Assembly (NCBI GenBank): GCA_050230475.1
Contig: JBFLGF010000080.1
Location: 1-64,000 of the forward strand
From: Ancylonema sp.
Taxonomy: Eukaryota
DNA: 64,000 bases
Direction of reading: 5' to 3'
Position 1 is the stretch's first letter; each line of letters starts with the position of its first letter. The position numbers were made by a program, and so were the translations under genes. Of this stretch, positions 1 to 11,050 are shown one piece after another. Under the pieces are notes generated by a model. That model saw nothing but the letters and a program-made list of their open reading frames with translations. It did no database searches and was not told where the DNA came from.

Positions 1-69
1 GTATTAATCTAGAGGGGTTTATGAACCATCTAGATGGGTTTCGCCTTAGCGATCTCTAGCGTCATGACA
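1..69 (-). mobile_element. 5' end of an LTR in reverse orientation, same family as 56246-56844 and 57230-57828
   Basis: The reverse complement of 1-69 reads TGTCATGACGCTAGAGATCGCTAAGGCGAAACCC..., nearly identical to the starts of the two repeats at 56246 and 57230. It has a canonical TG start. Confidence 0.8.
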
Positions 70-287
70 GATGGATGGAAAAGTCGAGAAAAGTACAGAA
101 TGCATACATCAACAATCTAGAATATAGAATGTAGAACATAGAACGAAAAAAACCATGTTCTTCACGTTTGTTGTATTTACTACATGCCTAAAAAAACGTA
201 TGAGTTCTTTGTTGCTTCGTGCGACTCTTGATACCTTCCCCACTCTCCTCCCATGTTGTTGACATACATTTTCCTAGTCGCCATATG

Positions 288-1027
288 CAATGCTCCGCCG
301 ATATCAGAACCAAAACATTGTCCTTACATCAAGGATTCCTTACACACTGTATAAGGACAAGTAATACTAGAATTTGAAATGTGTGTCCTTGTATCGAGGG
401 ACTTGTCGAATGAAGCAAAGTTCATAAGCCAATTTGTTGTTCACATATTGCCTAGAGTAGGTTGCCTTGGCATCATCATCCAATTTAACGTGAGTGCTAT
501 AATACAAGCTACACAAGTGCGTAATGAGACCAATACATGCCGACTAGCAAAATATTTATAAACATCGTTATGAAAATGGGTGGGGAAGTATTTAGGCGGT
601 ACAAAGCAACAAAGATACTCGCATATTTTGTTGGACATGATAAGACACAGTGTACGGCGGGAACAACGAACAACATTTTTAATGGTAGGCAAGACACACC
701 AATTTTCATAATACATTGAACTTCACCATCTCCGAATTGTGAATCGCAAACAAAATACACACATGTTTATACAGGCCAACATACCAAAATATTTCAATCC
801 TATGTGTACAATTTTGCGATTGGAAATAGAATGCAAGATTGTCACCAACAACTTCAACATTGCATACAAACGGACTCGTATACGTTCGAAAGAATTTGAA
901 GTGTTGTTCATGAGGATAATAGATGCAAGAAATAGCGTTCCGTACACGGTAGAAGGACATCTAGTAACGAATTCTCTTGTATCGAAGTTGTCCTTACAAG
1001 TAGGGTCGTTGCATCGAGGGAGCACTC
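288..1027. mobile_element. Non-autonomous Tc1/mariner/pogo-like MITE (CAGTGCTCCCTCGATA family), degenerate copy
   Basis: Degenerate TIRs caatgctccgccgata ... atcgagggagcactc, followed by TA. Internal sequence is visibly homologous to 45289-46233 (e.g. ggtaggcaagacacacca). Confidence 0.65.
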
Positions 1028-1274
1028 TATTGGTCTCAGCACTTTTATAGACGTATTACAACACACACGCTAACTTGGATGATGATCCCAAGGCAACTTT
1101 ATCAAGGCAACAAGTAAACAATACACGTGCTTTATCACTTTGCTTCATTCATGAAGTCCATCGATACAACGACACACAATGCAAAATCCCGTACATGCCG
1201 TTTTAAAGTGTAAACGACACCTCGACATCACGACCGTATTCCAATTTGTTGTTGTTATATAAGGGAGCAGTGTA

Positions 1275-1961
1275 CAGTAAACCCTTGAAAGAGAGACACT
1301 CGATATAGTGACAATAATTATATAGTGACATTTTTGTGGCCGTTTTTCAAAACCCACTCTATATAGTGACAGTCCTTAAGTGACCAAAAATCCTTGGATA
1401 GAGATGTCACGTTGAAACCTTTCTACATCAATACTCTGAAAATTAATAACCTCGCAAATCTTATCGCAAATCTTCCCGGTTTCGGGTCGTTACCCAAAAT
1501 GTGACGTATAAATTAATAACAGTCACATTTCGTATTTCGTATTTCGCATTGTCTAAATTACTTATTTTTTTCCGGTGTGCTTTTTTCTTTAATACATTGT
1601 GGGTTATAGCCTGGAAACTACCTCTTTTTCGGAAGTATGCATTGCACACAGCATGCAAGAATGTCATTAAGAATAACGATTCCTGATTGCCAGTTGAAGG
1701 CTCGAGTTGAAGGCTCCAGCTCATGTGCCGCACAAAAGGAGGAAGTCCATTGCACATCTGCAAATCTTCAATTTTCCTCCTTTTTTGGAAAACCGTCGCG
1801 AATGATACATTTGGATATCTCCAAATGTATAAATTTTACTTTCCCTCGATAAAGAAACATTTGCCCAATGTCGTCCTATCAAATGTTAAAATGACAGCCC
1901 TGGCATTCGATATAGAGACATTATTTCCACTTAAATCTCTCACTACATCAAGGGTTTACTG
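1275..1961. mobile_element. pogo/mariner-like MITE
   Basis: Perfect 14-bp TIR CAGTAAACCCTTGA / TCAAGGGTTTACTG, left flank TA, repeated tatagtgaca subterminal motifs. Confidence 0.7.
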
Positions 1962-2170
1962 GAGACGGGGAAATCTTTCTCAGCAGTCGAAGCGATCCGC
2001 CCCGCAGATTTCGCCGTCTGCTTCGAAGGATTTCTGGCACCACTTGTGACGGGTGGGCAGAGAGAACGAGGATGGCATTCAAAGCGGCTCGCTGGACTAC
2101 GCAGAAATCCGTGTCGTACATGGTTATGGACCGATTGTACATGTACTAGAGTACTGCTGGGTGGGCTGCG

Positions 2171-4104
2171 ATGGTGGGTGGGCTGTTGCATCGTGTAAAT
2201 GGCCAGAGGGGAAGCAGAGTAAATAAGAGACCCATCGTGACAACGGAGCCGAAGAAAAGAAAGGAAAACCTTCTGAGTACAACGGGGAATAGGTACTCGT
2301 TGGACAGGGGCAGTCATGATTACGGTGTGATGCCTCTTGGAAATATGTACGCTGACGAGACAGGGTTAAATAAAGGGAATGTTAGAGATGTTGGATTAGG
2401 TTCGCTCAAGGTACTGAGTGACGAACTTTTGGTGGACATACTGGGCCTGCTTGGCGCAAGAGACTTGAGCCGCTTAGCTATGGTTAGCAAATCCTTTTAT
2501 GTCTTCACGCATCACAGCGAGCTCTGGCGCAACCATGTATTGCACGACTTCGGGGGGGGTTTTGATTTTGCTACGAGCTGGAAGCAGACATACCGACGTG
2601 GACATTCTCTGCAGCCTGTCCATAAACCATTTCGGGTATGCTCGTATGCCTCGGAGATAGACATTCGGTTTCATAGAAGATTCGGACGTTTTGAGTGACT
2701 TATTTTCTTACAGTTGGCGCTTGCTTGACCTTGCATTATCATCTCAGAGAAAGCTGGCTGCACAATTTTGATGGTTACATGGTCAGCTCGTTGTTTCCTG
2801 TATGTTTTTGGCAGGTTAATGGATTCTACTCTGATTATCTCTTCCAAAGCTGGCTGTGTGCCAGCCTTCATGTTAAGCCCGAGTGGCTTGCAAGAGATAA
2901 TATCCCGAGGCGCTCCAATCTTAGTCTTCAGGACTTTATTCAGAATTTCGAGGACACTAATCGGCCTGTTATCATTACAGATGCCATCTCAGATTGGCCA
3001 GCAGTCAATCACTGGGATCGGTCATATTTGCTGAAGCATGCTGGGCATGTCCCCCTTGCTACCGGGCCTGTGGAGATGACATTGGAAAAATACTACAAAT
3101 ATTCAGACTGCACAGAGGAGGAGCGTCCTCTCTATGTATTCGACCCGCGCTTTGGAACCAAGGCTCCGCAGCTTGTGGCTGATTATGTGGTGCCAAAATA
3201 TTTCAACGAAGATCTCTTTTCTATTCTGGATTCCGAGCGTCCTGACTAGAGGTGGCTTATCATTGGTCCAGCTCGCAGTGGAAGCAGCTGGCACATTGAT
3301 CCCAACGCAACTTCTGCATGGAATGCGGTGGTCCGGGGTTCCAAAAAGTGGATTTTATTTCCTCCAGACCAGGTTCCCCCAGGGGTCCATCCCAGCCCCG
3401 ATGGTGCTGACGTTGCAACATCGGTGTCAATCACGGAGTGGTTCATGAATTTCTATGCGGAAACGCAGAGGAGGGGCGCTCCTTCTCATATCGAGGGCAT
3501 CTGCAAGGCTGGAGAAGTGCTTTTTGTACCTCATGGTTGGTGGCACTTGGTTCTGAACCTGGCGGAGTCCGTGGCAATAACACAGAACTACGTCAGCTAG
3601 TGAGTGTGTGTTTTCTCGACCTGTCCGAACATGTCTTTGATGTTATACGCTTTTCGAGTGCAGATTATATTTCCTCAAGCCATCCGCAGCGTCTGAGTTG
3701 TATATAGATCTGAATGGGAAATGATGCATGTGTGCCTAACAGTTTCCACAACAACAGAAACCGCATAATGTAGTCTTTATATTTGCCAAGACGTCATGCT
3801 TGCCTTTATTGCTCCCTCTCTCTCTTTGAAGTTCATGTCTTGTGTGGTGCTCTACAGTCGGAACGTCCTACAAGTTCTTGACTATTTGTCTCGCCCAAAC
3901 GCGCAAGCACTCGTGTCCGGCACTCGAGATCGGGTTAGTTTGTACAATCGATTTCAAGCCAAGTTTGAGGAACGATTTCCGGGAAAACTTGATCGACTAC
4001 AAAAGGCTTTAGAGGATCGCAACCAGAAGAAGCAAAAGGACTCATTCTGGGAGACTGTAGGAGACCATAAAATAGGAGGATTTCAATTTGACTTTGAGTC
4101 TTGA
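2171..4104 (+). CDS. F-box + JmjC domain protein (JMJD6-like, plant JMJ22/At5g06550 type). Exons 2171-2635, 2815-3599, 3858-4104. One in-frame TAG at 3247-3249.
   Basis: F-box (LSDELLVDILGLLGARDL), JmjC iron ligands WHIDPN and WWHLV, LYVFDP and VAITQNYVS motifs. GT-AG introns join the exons in frame. Possible null allele. Confidence 0.9.
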
Positions 4105-4416
4105 TGACCACTGTTGAGAACCCCAGGTTGTAAGGATGCAAGACATCCTTGAGACCTGAGTTTCCATTCGGGCTATATGACTTCTATATTGGTTGTGAGA
4201 CATAAATGCATAGCACGCACACACACCTACCATGAACATACGGAATAATTAATAACTGATTATAATCATGTGAGTTGTTCTTTTGAATGGAGAAAATAGT
4301 TTCCCGTCTTGATTGATGTAGCAAGAAGTATCATACCAACACAAGTTGCAATTTCGGCTTTCAGGGTGCGTCGACGTTTTCATATATATTTTTCGGATTA
4401 TTGGTCTTGTGTAAAT

Positions 4417-6372
4417 CATAGTTGCACAGACCGCCAAGATTTGATTTTCGGACCGTGGTTTGACCGGGTCCGGAGTCGGGAGGCTGTCACACCGGGGATC
4501 TTTTAGGGTTCCCCCCCCCCCCCCGGAAAAATTCGGGGGGATATGGACATGTGAGGGATTTTTTAAGGTGTGCACTTTTCTCTTATTTTTGCTCAATGTA
4601 CAAGTCAACATGATACACAAAATATATTTTTCCGGATTTATTTCTCTGCCGTAAACCTTTCAAAATCCTAAAAGAACTACCGACGTTTTTCTACTACCGC
4701 CAATCCGGCATTTCGGCCTAAAACGACGGACCCTGGTCCGGAAACGGAACCTCGGAACCCCGATCCGCTGGTCTGTGTTACAATGAATAAAAAATCACAT
4801 CTCCAACCGTCCATTGATTGAGATGGTGAATTTTGAATTGACAAAATGGTTGGAACTTCCGCATCAAAAGTCACCATCCGATAGCATGTAATCGAAGGGG
4901 ATGACGATATTTATGGTTGCCTAGCTTGAGATCCATAGGTCAGTGAAACAAATTAACGTGATTGGTCATTTCAATGGAATTGCTTTGTCAAAATAGTATA
5001 CGCCTCACTTTGAGCCACATAGTTTTAGTCTTCAACGTATTTAAGCAACTCATCACGTAGGCAAACCGCATTTGCACCTCTAAATCAACTATGGCACCGT
5101 AAATAATCGAGAGGGAATTTACCCATTTATTTATGTAGGATATGAAAGTAAAGAGTGAGAAATTTTGATGGAGTGAGTATTGAATAGTTTGTGTTTGAGT
5201 TTGTGGGAGTAGAAAACGAATCCATAATATAAATTGTTGGATATGGGTGTTTTATTTATTTCAATCAATTCATTATGTTTTTTCTGTTCATCATGTAACT
5301 TTGTGTCTCACATTTACATCATGTCACCATTACTACTGACAATTGAAGATCGAAAAGAATACAAAAGGCGTATTTATAAACCATTCCAATTGACCTAGAG
5401 CATTTCCCCAAATGACTTCTTTAGAGATTGGTGAAAAACTATAAACACTCTGAAGCAATCCAAGTTTCCATTACTTATTTGTTTTGTCAAACATTTTTTT
5501 GTCATTTTTGTACGATGTACTTTGTAATATTATTTCGGGAAAAAAAAAAAACTTCACGGGGTTTTTTCTTCACGGAAACTCCTTAAAACCCCCAGAACCA
5601 GATACCGTAGTGGGCACCCTAAATGATTTCTGTTTTTCCAGAATTAATTATGTTCGTAATGATTTTTCAAAATGATCCCGGGAATCCGTTAGTTAATATC
5701 GATGATTTCTGGTAATGATTCCTTGAATCCGTTAGTTATTATCAATGATTTTTGGGGATGATTCCGGATTGCAGGAATAAAAAGCGTAAAAGATTTCCTT
5801 GTTTAGAAATTAAAAATCAAATGATTTGTCCTTATCTGGGTCATTCTTACATTTTTAACCGTACATTTTGACGTCACAAGTGCACGTGGCAAGCACCGTA
5901 CTAGTCGCGATATCTCGACCGGCCACAATTTTTTCGTTAAGGATGGTCTTAATTTGTCGTGTAGCGCATCTAGTCGGTATTATTTCCCATATCGTGGGAC
6001 TTCAGGGCCCGGTACGTAGTTTCTGACGTCGTAAATGTCGCTCGTCCAAAAATGTGTCCTTTTGCGCGTGCCTACTTTGTTGTGTACCCCGGCTCATCAC
6101 ATCTAGAGTCACATCCAGGTGACCCCGAATTTCCCGTAATGATTCCCAAAACGTTAAAAGGTTTTATTACTGATTTTGAGTATCATTTTTCTCCCATTTA
6201 GTATTTAATTTAAATGATTACTTTCGGGTTTCAATAATTAATTAAAAATCAGTTACGGTGCCCACTACGGTATTACCTTAAACAGCCGGTCCTGATTTTA
6301 GACCTAAAAGGGCGGACTTTGGTCCGGAACCGGGACCGCGGGACCTCGGTCCGCCGGTCCCGTGCAACTATG
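4417..6372. mobile_element. Non-autonomous hAT element (TIR CATAGTTGCAC)
   Basis: TIRs catagttgcac / gtgcaactatg; approximate 8-bp TSD gtgtaaat / gtgtgaac; ggacc/ggtcc subterminal repeats; homologous to 20030-21146. Confidence 0.8.
5605..6270. mobile_element. Tc1/mariner-type MITE nested in the hAT element
   Basis: TIR CCGTAGTGGGCACC(C/G)TAA(A/C)TGATTT at both ends and a TA target duplication. It interrupts the gata|ttacc junction that is uninterrupted in the 20030-21146 copy. Confidence 0.85.
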
Positions 6373-9096
6373 GTGTGAACTCAACGTTCTTCAAATGATT
6401 TGTAAACCCAAATGTATTGTCTTGTATGTGATGTGGCCATAGATTCAGTAATTGATTCGTAAAACCGTTAGAGTATGTATCGTGCCGGCCTGGTTTATTG
6501 ACCCACCAAACCCGGGATGAAAATAACAAACAATAATTCCAGCAATTTGCCCACCCCCCGAGCAATTATTTTTCAAGCCACAACAATTAGCCAAACAACC
6601 TGTCGATCATTTTTTTCACATATGACCCACCCCGGTATCGATTAAATTAGCTCCTAAATCCCGAAAGCTCGGTAAAATACCAAATTATTGCCTTATTTAG
6701 GCCTCAGATACCGTACTGGCGAGAGATGATGACTTGAATTTAATTCCGAGATGGCAGGATCGGATCATCACAATTGATTGGAACTTGGCCGCCCGGATCG
6801 CGTGACCAAATATTAAAACAATATTTCTACCGGAAAAGGGTGGATCTTTTTTTCTAAAAGTAGTTCCCCGAGTTTTTTATGTTTAGCATGCACGGAATAT
6901 TTACAGAGTCTCAAAAAAACGAGAAAATTCCGCGCTGACCTGATGCGAAGAACACGGACGACAGTTGAAGGTGGGACGGCCAATGTTGACCCCCCACGCT
7001 TTTGTCTTATTAGTATCAATTACCCCCCACCCCCTTCTCCCAACCAAAAAATAAACAGTTTTCGTTTTCGTCACTTAAGCTAGGGGAATGCTCTAGGGCC
7101 CACGGCCTTCCCCCAGCCTAATTGTAACAATTACGTACATTACCCTAGCGACTTAATACCCCAACCCGCCAACGGGGGCTTTTTTTCCCGGACCCTAAAT
7201 GGACACAAAAACATCCCTAAAAATACACGCTCTTGTAATAGCTAGTAGGAGCCCCTAGTATCTGCGCCTAGAGATGCCCTTCACGACGGATGCCCTTAAA
7301 GTGGGTATGAACTCCCGGCGTCAAAGCGGACGGCTCAAGATCGAAGCCCGCAACTCAGCTCGCCCGAGCGTGAGCCCGTAATTGGGCTAGGGGATTCGAG
7401 GGCCTCGAAGTTTGCCTTCCGGAAAAAAACTTGTTTATTTAGAGGTTGCCGCCGCTTTTACCCCGGGTGGTATCACACTTGAAGAAGTTTAGGATAATAC
7501 CCCACAAGTGAAAAAAAAACGAATAACCGAAGGTACTTGATACCATATATGTACCCCGCCCGCCCATAGATTTTCGATTTTTGTGTATCAAGTTCATTCC
7601 ATAGTTTTTTTTCGGCGGCACGCGTGCGCAAATCTTGCGCACGGTGTGCGGCCAAGGGCGTTCAAATTATGTTATTATCCAATGTGGGAAGTACCTCCCC
7701 CCGGGGGGGGGGAGGCACTTCCCACACCCCCGGGGGTGCGAGATGTTTCCCAAATCTTGAAATGTAATTGGTAAACCGGTTTCAACGGTGGCACTATAAT
7801 ATTTGGGCCTGAGAAGTTATATCGTACTACCTGCAGTGTAAAACGGTAAATACTCACTACATTTAGTCAAATTTCGACGTCCGAAACTAGATTACTAAAA
7901 TTATCCCGGTGCGGCACGCGTCCGCAAATGTTGCGCACGGTGCGCGTCCAACTATAGTTACTACCAAAAAATCGAAAGTCATTCATGAATATTGTTACCC
8001 CACCCCAGCCCAAAATAATGCATTAGTGGGTGATTAGATTTTGCCCTGCGGTAATCAACGAACCAAATCCGTCCGATGCATCGATTTCCCACCAAATTAA
8101 AAAAAATGGTTTTCGTACGATATGATACGACATACAAAAAGGAAACATGCGGGCGGACGGGAGTTTGCCACGTAGGTAATAATTAAGTAGATGTGCTACA
8201 CGACAAAATAGCACCACGGAACCACGGGTAATGACATGGGTATTCTCGGTATCACGGGGTGGATCCTCGTCTCGTTTTATACGATTATAATAATTCCAAT
8301 TTACCCGGATCAAGTGCTTTGGATCATTATAATATTTCGGAAATGCATTGATTATTTGGTGAATTATTTGGTGAAGTATTTGTTTTTGAAAATCTCTGGA
8401 TCATTATCTCTGGCTTGTACGGTAACCTCTAATAATCTCTAATTGCCCCCAAATACCCTTCACACCCCCGAACCAACCTCTAATTACTCAACTGTAAGAT
8501 CGGGAGGTGTGTGGGCTCTAGGCATGAACGTAGCCAAATACTTGATCCCAAAATCAGGAATTACGAGGCTTAAAAGCTTCAGGAGCAACATAGGAATTTG
8601 TATTTATGACCCGGTTTATTGGCCAGGAAAATAAATAATTGATTTCCGGTATATTAAACCTGACTAGTACGATGTAGTAACCAGCCCTGTTGATTGCGAT
8701 CGCCCTCCGAAAACGTCACACAAATTTGAAACGCTTAACACTATCGAGGTGAAAGGCTGAAACTCTACAAACCGCCATACGGTTCCTAACTGCTTTCGAA
8801 CCTCTAAATCACCACTCGGAGTGGGTTAGGAACTGGTTCAAGATATCTCGGCCGTGCAATTATGCACCACGGAGAACTCGTAGTCTCAACTTGGTCCATA
8901 TGTGTGTGGCATGAACTCGTGTTGGCCCCTACTTCCTACCCGTTTTTCTTTACCCGTGGGGTAGCCTACCGATCCCCCTACCGCGTGGTCGAAAAAGGGA
9001 TACCTACCCGTCGCGGGTCGACCGCACGTGTTGACCATACCCAAACCGGGTAGGAGGTAGGCTACCCGCTTTTCATCCCGTCGCAAACTCACCGAC

Positions 9097-11050
9097 GAAC
9101 TTGCGCGTTGGGCACTCCTACTCCGGGAGTATGAATTTGAAGTGATTCATCGCCCCGGTGTTGTAAACTCCAATGCCGACGGGTGCAATCGTTGTCCATT
9201 ACCATAGACAGCAACTGACAACCATGAGATTGAGACATTATGGGAGAAAACACCTTGCTACTACATGCAGACTTCACCCACGGGTTTAAGTGCACCATCA
9301 TACTTTGTGAGTTTTCACCAAGGTACACCACAACCAGAGGATGTCAAAGTGGACATTTGGGATGATAATGCCACAATGACACTTCTCAAAACTCATGCAT
9401 ACCTACCAGAATCGACACCACAACAAAGAGACCGTACATACCGACGGGCTCTCAAATACAAATGGATGGGGAGATATGTTTACAAAATCCCTACCTCTGG
9501 GCACATGAAAATCGTCCACCACCACCAGAACGAATTCCTCTAATCAAATACTATGCACACACGATACGGTCATTTTGGGGTGAAACGCGTGCTCCACGCT
9601 TTACAACAAGATTACTAGTGGCATGGAATGGGTGATCATGTAATCCAAGTCATCAAAGAATGTCCTGCATGCTCCCGCGCAAAAAAACAAAACTCAACCA
9701 TTACCAATTCGGTACACCCATTACCAATTTGGGGACTCTTCTACCGTTGGGGAGTTGACGTCGCTGGACCTATGCCAGAAAGTACACGTAAAAACCAATA
9801 CGTTATGATCTGCATTGAACATTTCACCAAATGGGTTGAACTTATCGCCTTACCTGACAACTCTTCAAAATCAGCAGCACATGCGTTACTCACTCATGTC
9901 CTTTCTCGTTTTGGAGCCCCTGGTGAAATCATCACCGACCAAGGCGCGGAATTTGAAGGGGCATTCACCGACTTACTTGTCGGACATCGAGTTACACATC
10001 GTACTGCAGCCCGGGAACACCCACCATCTGATGGGTTAGCAGAACGCGCATGGTTCAAACGATGAAATTATCTTTAAGGAAAATCCTCCTAAAAGAACAT
10101 CGCAGAGATTGGGACATTTACCTACCATATCGCCATGGGGTACCGCATGACAAAACAAGCCTCTACCGGGTATTCACCATACTATTTGTTGTATGGACGA
10201 CATCCTATATTTCAGGCACAAATAGAGGCAGCTGAACATGACCCCTTACCTGAGGCACTCAAAGAATTGCCAAAATTCATTCTGAAACGCATTAAACTTT
10301 TTGAAGTGGTCATGCCTCTAACAATGCGCAACCTTGCCATTGCACAACAACGGGACAGACATCAATACTTCCGTGTACACATTGGCGCATGGGCACGACC
10401 TCGCCCTCGTCTCCTTAAACATCAATATGTCTATGTGAAACGTCAAACCAAAGGCACACTTGACATCAAAACACATCCATAAATCCTCCGGATAACACAA
10501 ATCCAACCCTCCGGAAATGTGCAATTACAGGGCAAAAATGGACGCCGCATCTGGGAACAGATGAAAAACATTTCACCTTGCAGTCTTTCCATCAAAGATG
10601 ATCAGATCGACACAGATCTGTTCAACAGTTCTGATTCCACATTCTGCAGACAATGCGGTTCACGTAACGATGGAAAACATCTCATTTTGTGTGATGACTG
10701 TAATGATGGCTACCACATCTATTGTCCCGGCTCAAATCAATATCTGAAGGTGCGTGGTTCTGTCCCGACCACAAGGGGGGACGCTGCTCCTAAGACCCAG
10801 TTCCTACACTACCATTTCGCAACTGGGGGGGGGGAGTGAGAGCAGCACAATACCACACAATACCATATTGTGACTTTATGAGATATTACCAACATTCATC
10901 GATACGAGATTGTGACTATATGAGATGAGCAACATTCAGAACTTCGAGAAGAAGAAGTTATGAGGACATCAAAAGAGAGAACTCCTGTCCAGAGAGAAGT
11001 TTAAGTAAGGAGAATATTATTCCGGGCAGCCGACTTCAAACAACACGTCA
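9097..11050 (+). mobile_element. 3' half of a decayed Ty3/Gypsy LTR retrotransposon: RNase H end, integrase, PHD finger, PPT (10825-10836), 3' LTR (10837-11050)
   Basis: ELARWALLLREYEFEVIHRPG..NADG (RNase H end); HTRYGHFG...CPAC zinc-binding; RWGVDVAGP, IITDQGAEF, DGLAER integrase core; C4HC3-type PHD pattern; G-rich PPT then TGA...TCA LTR. Contains stops and frameshifts. Confidence 0.9.

Noticed and set aside
3598..3600. Apparent second premature TAG in the JmjC gene
   Set aside because: It spans a splice donor (TA|gtgagt). Splicing to 3858 gives TAT and restores QNYVSYRNVL.
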